From contig NW_004798203.1 in assembly GCF_000002075.1 (NCBI RefSeq), forward strand, positions 103,308 through 167,307: a stretch of DNA of 64,000 nucleotides, written 5' to 3'. Made by a program: the position numbers and the translations under genes. Every line of letters begins with the position of its first letter. Within the stretch, counting starts at the first letter, position 1. The DNA comes from Aplysia californica (lineage: Eukaryota). Under the pieces are notes generated by a model. The model saw only the letters and a program-made list of their open reading frames with translations. It ran no database searches and had not been told where the DNA came from. Positions 11,861 through 25,827 of this stretch are shown piece after piece.

Positions 11861-12338
11861 ACGTCCCACGCTATTTACCAATAGCGCAATCTTGCACAGC
11901 GTGTTTTGACGATCCTATAATTGTATCATTCTTGTGAGCTCTTCAGTTTCATATATATGTTAATTTTAATTTTAAGATTTTTACACTTTTGAAAATATAA
12001 CATGTGAATGTTCCTAAAAGTGAGTAAAAAAATAAAGATGGGAGTGAATTTAAAAAAAAATTATTTCAAATAAATTAAATGTACTTTATGAACTTTGAGT
12101 TCGATACCTGGCATTGTATCATTCTTGGGAGCTCTTCAGTTTAAAAAGTTCATTTTAGTTTTCATATTTTTACACTTTTGATCTGAATATTCCTTGATGT
12201 GGGTAAAAGAAAAAAGAAGGAAGTGAATTTTTAAAAAAATATTTCAAAAGTATAAAATGTTATCGCAATCTTCATTGCGCAATTGTACGATCCATAAAAA
12301 GCTTAAGATTGCGACAATCGGTAAATAGTGAGGAATAC
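11861..12338. mobile_element. MITE-like element with ~30-bp imperfect TIRs and an internal duplication
   Basis: ctatttaccaatagcgcaatctt ... aagattgcgacaatcggtaaatag; internal repeat 11920-12080 / 12112-12260. Confidence 0.55.
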
Positions 12339-14723
12339 AATTTTTTGTTATCATAATCTGGTGTTCATAGCTCTGGTGTTCACTTACTCAAACCTTAAAA
12401 CTTTAAGATCTTTAGCAGGATACTTACTAATAAAGGTTTGATCGAACAATCCTGGTTTATCACCTTGAAATCCACACAAGTTCTTCGTGGTTTGTTGATG
12501 ACACTTTCTAGGTAGGCTACAATGTATGAGAATTGACAGGGAAAATAGGGGGAGATATATAATATATATACAGTATATATATCACTCCCTCTCTCCCTGT
12601 TTATGTATGTGAATGTGTGTGTGTTGGGGGTGTGAGTGTATGTGTCTTGGGGGGGGGGGCGTGTGTTTGTTATCTGCATTTGTGTGTGTGGAGAGAGGGG
12701 TGGAGAGAGGGAGGGGGAGCGATAAGGGGGTAAAGCAAAAACCTCTAGGTGGGAGTAGAGTTACATACATCATGTATAACCTTCTCACAGCACATAAAGT
12801 TAGTTTTTAGTTTAAGTAAACGCATTACAATACTTGCAACACAAAGAGGTCAAATATAAGTGCCGAAGATTAGAAAAGTATCTACAGTATAACATACGCA
12901 GAAAAGGTTGAAAGATAAGGATGATAGCTGTTTGATAGGAAAGAAGACACAAATCACACCAGAGTGCCCACCAATGACCCACAGCACAAAAAAGAAAAAT
13001 TAAACGAATTTAAAAAAGAACTGACAAAAGTGTAATAAAAATTCAAACGAATGAAAACACATCAGTATCAAGTCATGATTTATTTTACTTGATGCTACAG
13101 AAGCTAGGAAAAAGTAATAAATAATGTATCACATGCACTGCAGTGTAAGAAGGCAAAATACTTTGAGGGTTTATAAAGCAAAATGCAGACAGATTAATTA
13201 AGCTGGTAAAATCTATTAAATTGCTCCACATAGTTCAAAATTATTGGGCCCTTTTCTGAGAAAAGATTTCTTGAAAACAGAATTTACAATAACTTTTTTC
13301 ACAGCAATAAAGGTTATGACATAAACATTACAGGTTACTGACATTCATGAATATTGTTCAGTTCTTGACAGATTAATGAGTCAAACCATGATGCAGGTAT
13401 GATATAAAATGGTTCAACATTAATTAAGGCAAAGAATAATTTGATGATATTGTTCTAGCCTTGGAGCCGATATATATTTCATGTTTTTTTTCATGTCCGT
13501 TTGAGAATAAACACTTATTCATTACCCCATCCCCCATTCTCATAACATATACATTAGGCCTATAGGCGAATTTCACTTTCAAAACTATCAAACAGTGAAG
13601 TTAACAACAACAATAATTATACAATAATACCAAATTCAGACATATTTTGGGGAAATTATGTTACAAAGGACAACAATTTTGGATGTAATTCAGCATGAGC
13701 TATGACTAAAATCCACTTTTATTAATAGTCAACTTCAGAAATGCGAGGTGGAAAGGTTGCACAATGACTTCATGTAAAGGCTACATTTACTACAGCCAAT
13801 AATACAATAGCTAAATTCTATGGGAACTCATTTCCATCTTGCCTAAGCCAGGCGATCCCATCGCTTGAAAATTTCTCCTGTACACTCTTAACATAATACA
13901 CACTTGACATATTGCTTGCACTTGACACAGACGACAGTACCGCAGAGTAAATTGCACATAACATCACTGAGGAAAACATTTTTCCCCCAAAGCGACATGA
14001 TTGGCCTTCATGACTGATTTGTTGCAGTGAATTGATGACATAAATATTGCCGATGGTAGGGACTAAATTATCATGGCAGAGAAATACAGAAATCAAAATC
14101 ATTGTGCAAATATACTGTACAAAAAGAACTTGATCTCTAAAAGGGCCGTGGCATTCAGAAGGACCTTAGAGGATAGAGATAAAAAGAGAAAAATATTGTG
14201 CTTAGTTCAGCCATAACCACTGTATATGATCACAGCCATAAAGCCATTGTGGCATTATGAAAACGACGCCTCCTCTAACAAATCAACGCTTGTTTTACTA
14301 CTTAATTTCATAACATTTATGCATGTGCATATAAATATATTCTTAACTGCCCACCGCACCATTCGATACACTTTTATAAAAAAATTTCAACACAAAAAGT
14401 AATCTTTAAAAAATATGCAAACAGAAACTGATGATATGCATACATAATCACAAAACAATTTTAAGAACCCAGAACTTAGTTTATTCAAACAATATTTTGG
14501 GTATATTTCTGAATTTCCAACAGCAAATACATATATAACACACTGATTTGCCCAAAGAGACAAACTGGTACAGACAATGTAAGGCAGTAGCTTCAGATAA
14601 AGTGGTAAAGAGACTAATTCAAACACAAAAAGAAGGAAATTTGACAGTGTCACTAGCCACAGTGGGGCTTCCCAAGGACAAGACAAAACTGAACAAAATC
14701 CTTACCATAACTGCTACATTGTA

Positions 14724-16106
14724 CGAGGGCTGTCCCACTGGAAAACGGAAATTTGGCTGTAATTTGAAAACTATTCAATATTTTCACCTTCTGTAAACGC
14801 ACACTTGTAAAACAATCATTTAGGAATTTCCCGATTGAGCACCATGAACATCGCACAAAACAAACGAACACAGCGGTTCTCCAAAGATGGCTACCCCCTT
14901 GGAAAATTGGTCAAGGGTAGAAGTGAGGTCTGTCAGTCGGTTTCTGACTGCTAAAGGTCTCAAACCTATAGAAATACAAACTGAAATAAAGTCAGTTTAC
15001 GGGGAGAAAATAAAGACAAAGTCGCAGGTATGAGTGGTGTAGTAAGTTCAAAGCCGGGAATACGGATGTCAAGGACAAAGTTCACCCAGGACCTTGTTTT
15101 TCTGCCAAGACAGGACAACAAAAGTCGCGTTAACGAACTCATTAAGACAGACAGGCGCCTAAAAATTCGTGAAATTTCCGAATCGCTAAACATTTTAAAG
15201 TTGACTGTCCATATTGGATAGTGTTTGATGGGCTGCACTATCGAAAGGTCTCTGCTCGATTGGTCCCAAAAGAGCTGACAGCAGACCACAAGACGCAACG
15301 TGTTGAAGTGTCTCAGACTTTGTTGAATCGTTGTCGCTAAAGCTGTCACGGGTGTCATTAACGCATCTGGAGACCTCCAACAATACGATGAAGCATTCCT
15401 GAGAAGCATTATTACTGGTGATGAGACTTGAATACACCCCATGACCCCTGAGACGAAGAGGGATTTAATGGTAAGGAAGCACACGTCTTCACCTTCCCTA
15501 AAAAAGTTTAAAGTTCAGCCATCGGTGAAGAAACTCATGGCCACTGTTTTCTGGGATGCTAAGGGTGTTCTGCTTCTTGACATTTTGGAACCAGGACAAA
15601 CTGGTAATGCTAATAGATACTGCCAGACTCTTGATAAGTTGAGAGAAGTTGTGCGCCGATAAAGAACAGACTGGTTGTCCAGCAGGGTCATTTTGCAGCA
15701 TGACAAGGCAATGCCACACCCCACAAACGCTACAAAAGACTGGATCCATAGGTTTGGCAGGGAAGTTCTGCCATACCCCCCCCTCACAGTCCTGACTTGG
15801 CCCCGTCAGTTTATCACCTTTTTGGACCAATGAAACACCATATTTCTAGACAGGGATTCACAGACGACGAAGAACTCGTGGAAGCCGTGCATGAAAGATC
15901 GGTTGAAATCCCTTGACGAAAAATTCTTCAGGGAGGGTATCTTCTCCCTGATCCAGCTTTGGGAAAAATGCGTCCAGCAGGATGGTGATTACATTGAGGA
16001 ATAAAGCACATGTTGAGGTATGATGTGTTACATTTTTATTATAATTAATAGGACAAAGATTGTTGCTTTCATGGACCTTTTCCGGTTTTTCATGGGACTG
16101 CCCTCG
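14724..16106 (+). mobile_element. Full-length decayed mariner (DD34D) transposon
   Basis: TA|cgagggctgtcccactggaaaacggaaa ... ttttccggtttttcatgggactgccctcg|TA; ~28-bp TIRs with CGAGGG ends like irritans-group mariners. Confidence 0.93.
14887..16004 (+). pseudogene. Mariner transposase pseudogene
   Basis: MATPLENWSRVEVRSV, LVPKEL, ITGDET*, MATVFWDAKGV, LQHDK, HSPDLAPSVYHLF (third catalytic D changed to V), DGDYIEE*; frameshifts and stops. Confidence 0.9.
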
Positions 16107-17659
16107 TACATTCAGACCGTACTTACACAAACATACCCCAAATTTTAACCCGGTAGATGTGATTTCTTTTTTTAAAAATTTTATATGTACATGTTTTTAC
16201 ACCCCCATCAACACTATTTAGATTATTTAGGAGGCAGGCTTCTGACCTTGTCTGTCAGAGCCAATCAAGGCTGAGATGGATACATCCTAGTAGAAAGACC
16301 CAGAGATGCTTGATAGAAATTTTCATACATCAAGCTGGGGTCTCTCATGTGAGCATCTTCCTGCTACCCCACAAACGCTGCTGCTGGTGGTAGTGATAGA
16401 TGTGAGGGGGAAAAGTTACAGCTGAAAAACATGGAACTGAAATCTTACAACGCCTAGGAGTAAAACGAAAAAGATCTTAGCATTTGTGCCATTCCATTTC
16501 CATGCCAACAAATCACTTTGTCTACAGGGGCAGCTACGAAGTAACGTAGGTGGTAGTGAAATGGCCTTTACTAGTAGTTAGGATGTGGTACCTGTAGCTA
16601 GTTGATAATATTTCTACTTCTACAACAGACATGGGCACATCATTTAACCTCTCCCTGACAAAATACAGGACAAAGTCTGAGGGGGGGGGAGGGTATGGGA
16701 ATAAGTAAAAGAAAACGGATAACACAATAAATATCAAAAGGCCTCAAAATAGATTTCATTTTCAAAGGAACAACTTCAATGTGTAAGCACATCAACAATG
16801 ACAAAGGAGGTAACAGAAAACACAGACAGCAGACACATCAAAGCCTGAATACCTAGGTACCGGGTACAATGTTTCATCATAGACAAGACAAGAGATTAGC
16901 TGTACAAGTGCAAGGATAACCTCCCTCCCCCTTCTCAATTACACACAAACAGAACCCTCCTACACAATCATCAATGGGTTTTTTTTTAATTTGGAGAAAT
17001 TTCACAAATTTATTTTTTAAGTAGATTGTAAACTTGTCAAACAAAGAAATAACTTTGCCTAACAAGTAATCTAGACCAGTACAAAATAAAGTAAAAAAAA
17101 ATAAAAAAAATGAAATATATATCCACCTTTTCAAATTAAAACAAAGTAACTTGTAGTAATTCCTCACACTAAATAGTTCCTGCCAGTGCAGTACATGAGC
17201 GGATGGCAGAGGGATGTCAAAGTTTACTTCATGAATCTTTTGTTCCCAGCAGTAGAGACCAAGAAAATGACAAATTAATAAGTAAACTGGTAAAACAACC
17301 AACAAAAGCCATAATATTTTTGGGACGGTGTATAAATTCCAAAAGCTGTTATTACAAATTTCAGCAAAATTTAATGACATACAGCCAGCAGTTATCACAT
17401 AGAAGCTGATCCAGGAGGGGACAACCCATCAAGGTTTCAATTAAATTTTCTAGCAAAAACTAATGAATACAGGGGAGCTACAGTTTAAGTAGTTGCATGG
17501 TTTGTAAACCCAAAATTCTGGGTATAGTAGAATATGTTCTGGCTTTATTCATGCACAATGAAACACGAGACAATAAATCAATTAAAAATTTGTCAGGGCT
17601 GAGGAACCCCTCGAAAGAACAATCCACAATGACACAATCATTGTTTCTGAAGAGTGTTT

Positions 17660-18010
17660 AGTTTAGTCTTGGTAAGGTTTTACAGCGCTTGCAACTGCAT
17701 ACAGTCATATTAGCGCCAAGGGGCGGATGTCAACAGGGAAGTCCAAACAGGGAATCAGGCTAACTCTGCGAAACCTCTCTAGCCTCAAGGGCACAAAGCC
17801 TGCTTGGACTATCGAGGCACCCCAGAAATAGCAGTTCATAAGAGAATGACAATCATACAAAAGAAGTAGAGGAAAATGACGATAGCAAGGAAGAGGAAAG
17901 AAAAAGCAGCAGTTTCCCCCTATGTTGTTCCAGCACAGTATGAGCATGACATTGATAAATCAGCCCATTTACAATTCTACTGTGCATAAGAACACTGCCC
18001 TAATTGGGAG
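17660..18010 (-). mobile_element. SINE-like repeat with LINE-type 3' tail
   Basis: The reverse complement ends ggcgctaatatgactgtatgcagttgcaagcgctgtaaaacc; homologous to 8690-8960. Confidence 0.6.
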
Positions 18011-19839
18011 GGGGGGGGGCCGCTGAAGAATGTGATATTGGTATATCACACATACATATTATATATACTTACGTCCACTACAATTGCTATTTGAGTGCAG
18101 AAAAAAAGACAAGTGCCTGTTGACTGTATGATATGCTTTCAGGTTGCAAATTCAAAGTGCTGAATGTTTCCTGTTCCATCTGCATACAAATTAGACTGCA
18201 TGTGCATACATTTCAAATTGTCACAACAAAACAAAATATCAAAGTCACAGCCAAAAATTACAGAAAATGTCAGCTTTACAGATCTATTGAAAACATTGCA
18301 ACATCCACATGAAAAGACCTAATAAGAAAGACGACAGAATGAAAGATCAAAAGTAAACTCACTTTGTCACTGAATTAATCCTTTCTGAGACTCACAAGTC
18401 TACAAAAAACCCATTACAATGATAGTAAAACATTGCTTGCTTCTTCAAGAAAATAAACAAAACCCTTAAATTTGGGTAAACATAAATGACCTCTTCAAAC
18501 TTGCAGCATTATCCTGTTCTTTCTTGACATTGTAAAGGAAAAGATTTTTGGGTTTTTTTCTGTTTTTTCTGATCTATTTTACAGAACATTTTTCGTCCTA
18601 TGATAAGGTATAGGTTTCACAACCTTGTAAACTAAGAGACTGGACTTGCAAATTTAACATTAATTTCCAGTTGTTGTTGGAGAGCCCCAAAAGCTCCACA
18701 AAGAACCTAACATCAAGAACCAAAATTCAAACCAGTCCTAGGTAGCCTACCACACAGGAGTTTGGCATGATGAAATGAGCTGTTGGCTCGCCTTCATATC
18801 TCCTGACATTTACCCAGCAGCAATCAAAGGTAACCATCCGAATAACTCAACAAAAAAGATCATGTTCATTTTGAGTGATATAGAATCAAATCCTGAAACA
18901 GAATTGCTTTGAAATAGCCCAAAATGTCTGCAAAATACATTGCACAGTAGTCAGTCTTGAATCTCCTTTGATAACCCAAAGAGTTAAGAAGATATTATTC
19001 GAAAATGTAAGCAGAAAAATAGAGCTAACAATACTAACATTAAGACTCTAGATAAAAATTTATTTAACCTTATCTAAATTGAAATACTTTACTTCAAAGT
19101 AAGTAGGCCCTACAATTTCATACATCAAAGAACAATGACATGAGTGTCATTTATGATTTAGAATATATTTTATACTCTTGTAAAAGAATTGATCATATGC
19201 ATTCTGTTCCAAAGTAGCGCAACAATAATTTCTTTGGGGAAATGACAAGAAACCACAGGGGCTTCGATGTACCCCCTTCGACACAACAATGGTCTTTCTG
19301 GTTCCTCCCAGAAAAATAACAAATCCACCCTATCCTTGCCATCTGCTTAAATCGGTTTGAGTTTGTTTGGGTAAAGAGAAGCACATCGAAACCATAATGG
19401 TCACTTAATGCTGTTTCTGTGAGTCCTAGGACAAACCCCCACAAAACAACTATGATACAAACTAACAAACAATATCACAAACACACATCTGATTTATATT
19501 CAAAGTAAAACAAAATTATTGAACATCCATAAATGAGTTACAAAACTTCAGAGTCCCATTGTACTAAAGATAATACCAAAAAAAGTGGCACTCTTGCAAT
19601 TTTTAGAAACAACGTTAAGTTGCCAAGCCAAATCAAGTGTTGGAGAATCTGTGAATGTCTTGTCATAATTCACTGACACAAGGAAGCACATTTAGAATTG
19701 CCATATATCCCTATTGACACAAGCTAAAAACATTTAAAATACAGCATTTCATCAGCAATAGATGACAGGAGAAATACTGAAAAGAAGCGCCAGCTGTTCA
19801 TAGCCATTCACACTGTACCAGAAACAAAAAATGGTGAAA

Positions 19840-20058
19840 TGGTATATGTTTCATGCCCCTATCAACACTATTAGGTTATTTAAGAGGCAGGGCCTCCGAG
19901 TTTAACGTCCATCTCCGAAAGGACTGAGCCAAATGGGAAATTCGTGTAAAGTGCCTTTTCCAAGGACACAACGTCGGACCGAGGTGAGGCTCGAACCCCC
20001 GAACCCGCAATCTCAAGATTACAAGTCCGGTAGCCTAACCACTAGGCTACCGACACCA
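19840..20058 (-). mobile_element. tRNA-derived SINE with CORE-like central motif
   Basis: Reverse complement: A box tagcctagtgg, B box ggttcgagcc, gtgtccttggaaaaggcacttt, then a tail shared with 5840, 16190 and 50690. Confidence 0.75.
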
Positions 20059-20901
20059 CCTCAAAAACAAGAAATAGTACAGCTTCTGCTACACATAAAA
20101 GAGATTACTTTTAAAAAGAGTACAAGGACAAACATTGCGACTTACTCTCAAATTGAGTTTTACTGCAATACCGACATGTCGGGAAAGTAACCCTAACAAT
20201 CAGCAGATATAATCAATAGTATCAAGGAAGATGTACTGACAGTCTCTATACCAGAGCACCTGCTAATCACACTCAAAAGGAAAAGGTCACAGGGATGAAA
20301 TGGTTCAACTCCCCTTTCAACACAGATCATTTAGGGGGCGGGATATCTGATTCCCTGTCAATCTGGATCTGGACAGAGCAAAGTGAAAGTAAAGTTGGGA
20401 AAACTTTAACCATCCAAATCTAAGAATATCATCCTTTTTGGGATTCAAACCAGGGTCATTAGTCTGCACAGCTTCCCAGAACAATGACACCAAGCAAACA
20501 CTATGCCGGTCTTTTTTCTTTTTTAACAATGATTTTTCTTCTACCCCCATCAACACAACTTAGGAGGAGGGCCTTTAACCCCATGTGATATGTCAGGGCC
20601 AAGCACCTAATCGTTATAATACAGAGGACACTGTATGTCTCGCTGCAAGGAACCTCAACGCAGTACAACAGAAACCCTTGCGTGAGTTCACATCCAGCAC
20701 ATAACCAGGAACAAAACAAGTGGAAACATCCAGCACATAACCAGGAACAAAACAAGTGGAAACAGACAGCACAAGCATAGAGTGATTCAGCTGAGAGTAC
20801 CAACGCAAACATTAATCTAGATCTAACAACATGGTTATTGCACAACACATTATTAGCAGATGACTAGCATTTGGCACGTGTTGGAAGTACAGTGTGAAAT
20901 A

Positions 20902-21121
20902 CAGGGTGTCCTTAAAGTCGTGAGATTAAATACGTGTAAAATGCTCAAAAACATTTTATTCAATCGCAATACAGTCAAACCTATCCCAGCAACCACCCCT
21001 CAAAGACAATCATCTGTACAAATAAACCCATCCCCCCTTGAGTTTTTTTCAATCTTATTATGAAGCTGTCTAAAATGACCACTCTTCCCATGCTATGTGT
21101 CTTGACTTTAGGGACACCCTG
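20902..21121. mobile_element. Tc1/mariner-type MITE
   Basis: ta|cagggtgtccttaaagtc ... gactttagggacaccctg. Confidence 0.75.
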
Positions 21122-21180
21122 AACAGTAAATCTTTAAAGTACTCCACACATAAATACAGCAACTGGCTACAAAGTATATT

Positions 21181-21600
21181 TGTGGGGCAACGTGGTGAAA
21201 TCAGGCACTTGTCAAAATAATGAAAGTCAAGAAACTGACATATTTCAGCAGGTTAGGAATTTTTATTGAATTTTTGTTTTTTGGCTCAACACCTTTCATG
21301 CCCTTTAAAAAACATTTCTGAGTGGATTTTCCTGAAAAACTTTGATTACAGCAAAAATTCTGTAAATGTTCAGTTTCCATGAACTCTCAAACTAAGGAAA
21401 TATAACTAAACTTTGACAGCCATTTTCTCGCTAATCTAACCTCTGAAACAAGGCGACCCCACCTCCTTCAGTCACCAATATCTTGACTTGTATCTGATCT
21501 AAGATAAATGGATATTTTTTTCATCAAAAGCTAGGCAAATGGACAGGCTCTAAGATGATACCAAAATTGACGAGCACCTGATTCCACTGCGTTGTGACAC
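21181..21600 (+). mobile_element. MITE family B copy (~420 bp)
   Basis: Imperfect TIRs gtggtgaaatcaggcacttgtcaa / ttgacgagcacctgattccac; homologous to 23170, 44301 and 51092. Confidence 0.8.
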
Positions 21601-21603
21601 ATT

Positions 21604-23030
21604 TGTGTTGTAATGTAATGGCACCAAGGGCTCGTCAGTTTTTGGGTATATGGAGTTATTGGTATCATCTTAAACAATTCGCTATGTCGAGCCGTGGCAA
21701 AAGTGACTTCGCTACGTCAAACCGCCCCGATGGCTCAAGAACCAACATATAATTCTAGCTTAGATTTTATTCCAATCCACATATCCATGTTACAATAAAG
21801 TTTATAATATAACGTTGACTTCTGGGTCAAGCATTTCCACCAAAAATCGGCAGTTTAGATTCAGTTTTGAAACGCGATTTCAAAGTTTTTGCGACTTTCT
21901 TTTATCACTAAAGAAATGATGTATGCATCTTCTTCAGAATATTGATAGGCCCTACTATTGGACTCAAATTGCCAGTGATCTGTTATTGAGAAATCACTAT
22001 TTTTCAGTGCTAGATTTAGGTCTACATCTAAATTGTCAAAATATTTTTTTTCTCCCCAAAATCACTATTTTTGGGTGAAATTACATAAAAAAATACCACT
22101 CAAGACATGTATAGGTTTATTCCAAATGCATTTCTGAATAATTCCATCTAAGATACGAGTTTTTATTTTTCTGTTTGTGAATGCATCTTGTCCTTTTTCC
22201 AAGACTATAAAAACAATTATTTGTTTTTCAATATCAGATGTTATGATCCAAACGCACAAATTTCATGGAATGTAAGTAAATAACTGCAAATTTTTCAATA
22301 TTTTCTAGTTCTATAGGGCCTGTTCATTTATGGTTATTTTGATGTATCAATTGACTAGGTGCAAACATATTTTTTGAGTTTCAACAAAGATTATTAATTT
22401 TTTATTTCAAATTGGATCCACATCCAAGCAAAACTGTGTTGCATAATCGCCTCTTACAGTAACCAAAGTTGAAAATTACACAAATAAACAATACAGATGT
22501 ATTCTACAAACCGTACTGAAAATTTTGGTACATAATATGTTGATATTTATTTGAATTTGTGGCCCCAAAGACCTGTTAACTGCGCACTAGTCACCATCTC
22601 ATTTCGCACTCCCGTGAAAAATTCGTCCACAAGTCGAAAACAATACGTAGCGAATGAGTCAAAGCTTGTTCATTTATCTTGATTTTGATGAATGAAATAC
22701 CGGAATCCATCTATCATGAACAGAAGTAGAGATATTCAGGATTGAAGGAGGTGGTGTCATCTTGTGTCCGAGAAAAAAATTAGCGAGAAATGGCCGCCAA
22801 AGTTTAGTGACTTTCAAAGCTTGAGTCCTTGGAAACTGCACATTTACATTTAGTATGCCTTTCATCATTTATTTTCAGTAAAATCTACACAAAATGTGTT
22901 TTTAAAAGGACATAAAAGGTATTGAGGCAAAAAGGAAAAATTGAAAAAAAATTGCCCAACAGCCATAAAATGCTGATTTAGTTTATTTCATTATTTTGAA
23001 AAGCGCCTGATTTCACTATGATGCATCACA
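21604..23030 (-). mobile_element. MITE family B copy, inverted and split by a nested insertion
   Basis: 21604-21673 and 22663-23030 join to give the reverse complement of family B. Confidence 0.7.
21674..22658. mobile_element. TTAA-targeting non-autonomous DNA transposon nested in a MITE
   Basis: ttaa|acaattcgctatgt ... acgtagcgaatgag|tcaa, inserted at the host's catc-TTAA-agcttg site. Confidence 0.6.
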
Positions 23031-23169
23031 TTTTTGTGTTCCAGTGTTTCTCAGGTCAACCATCTTGTCTACCATGGCTACAACAGACACATCTTTTTCA
23101 GCCCAAAAAGACTACAATTACCCAAAATTTACTGCAGTTGAAGAAGGACTGAGTCTCCCAACAAACATT

Positions 23170-23587
23170 TGTGAGGCAGCATGGTGAAATCAGGCGTTCG
23201 TCAAAATAATCAAGTCAAAGTGTGGAAGTTTTATCAAATTTATGTTTTTTTGGCTCAATAAGCTTTCATGCTCATTAAAGAAGACATTTTTGTCTAGATT
23301 TTACTTTAAAACGCTGATTAAAGGCATAAAATATGTAAATTTTCAGTTTCTCAGTTTCCACAGAGTCTCAAACTAAGGAAATAACGCACCTTTCTCGCTA
23401 ATTTTTATCTCTGAAACAAGGCAACCCACACCTCCTTCAATCGCCAGTATCTTGACTCGTACAAAAGATAAATAAATACTTTTTCCATCACAAGCAAAGC
23501 AAATGAACAAGCTTTAAGATTATACCAATAACTCCACCTGCCTAAAACAAAATTGACAAGCGCCTGATTCCACTGCGGCGTGACACA
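23170..23587 (+). mobile_element. MITE family B copy
   Basis: tgtgaggcagcatggtgaaatcaggcg ... gcgcctgattccactgcggcgtgacaca. Confidence 0.8.
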
Positions 23588-24763
23588 TTTACAGGTAGAG
23601 AAGAAACACAGTCACACATGGTTGGTCACAGAATATATTATCACTGAAAAAAAAATGCCCATATAACAAAATAGATCGATATGTTAGATATGTAACACCT
23701 AGGAACAGCTCTACTGAATTATTTTCACCTAGCACCCACAGGAAATATTTAAACCACAGCTCACAAAATGAACATATTATTTCTACAAAAGGATAAAGTA
23801 TTTTACACAAACACAACTCTACTAAATACTCATAGTTTGAGCACATCAAAATCAAATGTTACTGGGGGTTCTAAAGCATTATTCAAAATAAAATTTTCCC
23901 ACAAACCAGGATAAAGTGGTGAACAGGGTAAAAAGAAGAACATGCATTGCAATGCCAAATTCTAACTAACTTAAAAACTAACCTTTTTTTTTTTTCAGAG
24001 CACGCCCTTTACACAGGCATCTTGCACCGGAGAGTTGTTTTTTTTAAATACTGAAAAGCCTATATCTACCATTATTTAATCTTTACACGTAGGAGAAAAG
24101 AGATTGGATTTTAAACAAGATTTTACTTTGGACTGATTTTTGCTTTTTGCATTTCTTTTCAAAATAAGGTAAATTTCACTCTTCACAAAATTGTTTCCCT
24201 CTTGATTTAGGCTTAATAAAATACTGATATGCACTGATGATATTAACATTTCTTCTTCACACCTTTGTCATAGTACAAGTGCAATCAAAACAAGATTAAC
24301 AGTTCCTACAAGTTAACAACGGACAAGTATAGTTGGGTCACGAAAGTCGCCCCTACAAAGTTCAGCTATGGGAATTCTGCAAAGTCTAACAAATATAGAA
24401 AACAACAAAATATGTCTGTGTGTCTGTGTATGTGTGTGTGTGTGGGGGGGGGGGGGGTGGTGGTGGTGAAGAAAACTAAGGTTGGTTGAGGCATGGTATA
24501 GAGTGAAATATAAAGAAAAGAAGAAGAATGAAAGATAGAACTGAATTATAATTAATAAATCACACTGAAAACATGTGTATAGGCTACACATTTGTCCTTA
24601 GTGAGAAGCGAAATAGAAAAGGCAGGCTTAGTATTCACTACAAAATAAACGAAGAATTGTGGGAAAACATCAAAAACGCGTTGTACTCACATCTACAGAA
24701 AACTGCTCCCATCTAGAGCAAGGTGAGCACGTGACCAACAATTGTCAACAATTCACATATAAC

Positions 24764-25261
24764 CAAAGATAGTAAATAACAAGATGGCCCACTCAGCCAA
24801 AAAAGTGTCCGCAGGAAGTATGCTCTTTGCTTCAGATGGCGCTGCAGTCTGTTTTGAAGCTCTCTTTCGTTTTTCCAGAAGAAGAATAGGAATAGCACCT
24901 CCTTGCGTGCGCAGATCGCGACTGCTGTTCATCAGCAGTTCGGGTTCGTTCAGTGCGGAGTTTTAGGATTTTTGTTATTTTAATGACCTCTTGCCTTTCA
25001 TTCTAAAGTCAAATTAAACGAAAAAACCCATCACCCTTTCCTCCGGAAGAGGTTTTTTGTCAGCGTAAACATTTTAAAAAAGCGTTCTTCAGAAATTTAT
25101 CCCAAAAAATGCTAGTTTCACTTTGATTTTGTAAAACTCAAGTAGGGTAACTCTGTTCGCAAAGAGTGCGCTTTTGTGAAGAGGGCGCCACCAAATTTTG
25201 AGGACACTTTTTTAATTGGCTCAAAGAGAGAAGTGGCCCATCTTGTTATGTACTATCTTTG
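24764..25261 (+). mobile_element. P-element-like MITE (family A), 7-bp TSD atataac
   Basis: atataac|caaagatag...ctatctttg|atataac; ~28-bp TIRs. Confidence 0.88.
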
Positions 25262-25331
25262 ATATAACTGCCAAATAGGAAGGGGAAAAAATAAACCTGA
25301 GAAAAGGGAAGTCTTTCAGAAGAAGTGTCAT

Positions 25332-25827
25332 CAAAGATAGTACAAGACAAGATGGGCCACTCAGCCAAAAAAGTGTCCGCAGGAAGTATGCTCTTTGCTT
25401 CAGATGGCGCTGCAGTCTGTTTTGAAGCTCTCCTTCGTTTTTCCAGAAGAAGAATAGGAATAGCACCTCCTTGCGTGCGCAGATCGACTGCTGTTCATCA
25501 GCAGTTCGGGTACGTTCAGTGCGGAGTTTTAGGGTTTTTTTTATTTTAATGACCTCTCGCCCTTCATTCTAAAGTCAAATTAAACGAAGAAAACCATCTC
25601 CTTTTCCTCCGGAAGAGGTTTTTTGTCAGCGTAACCATTTTTAAAAAGCGTTCTTCCGAAATTTATCCCAAAACTTGCTAGTTTCACTTTGATTTTTTAA
25701 AACTCAAGTAGGGTAACTCTGTTCGCAAAGAGTGCGCTTTTGTGAAGAGGGCGCCACCAAATTTTGAGGACACTTTTTTAATTGGCTCAAAGAGAGAAGT
25801 GGCCCATCTTGTTATGTACTATCATTG
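25332..25827 (+). mobile_element. P-element-like MITE (family A), TSD gtgtcat/gtatcat
   Basis: Highly similar to the 24764 copy but with a different TSD. Confidence 0.88.

Noticed and set aside
14966-15830. Minus-strand ORFs up to 172 aa
   Set aside because: Antisense shadows of the mariner transposase pseudogene.
24713-25549. Repeated small ORFs (MLFLFFFWKNE..., also at 47697)
   Set aside because: They recur only because they lie inside MITE family A copies.
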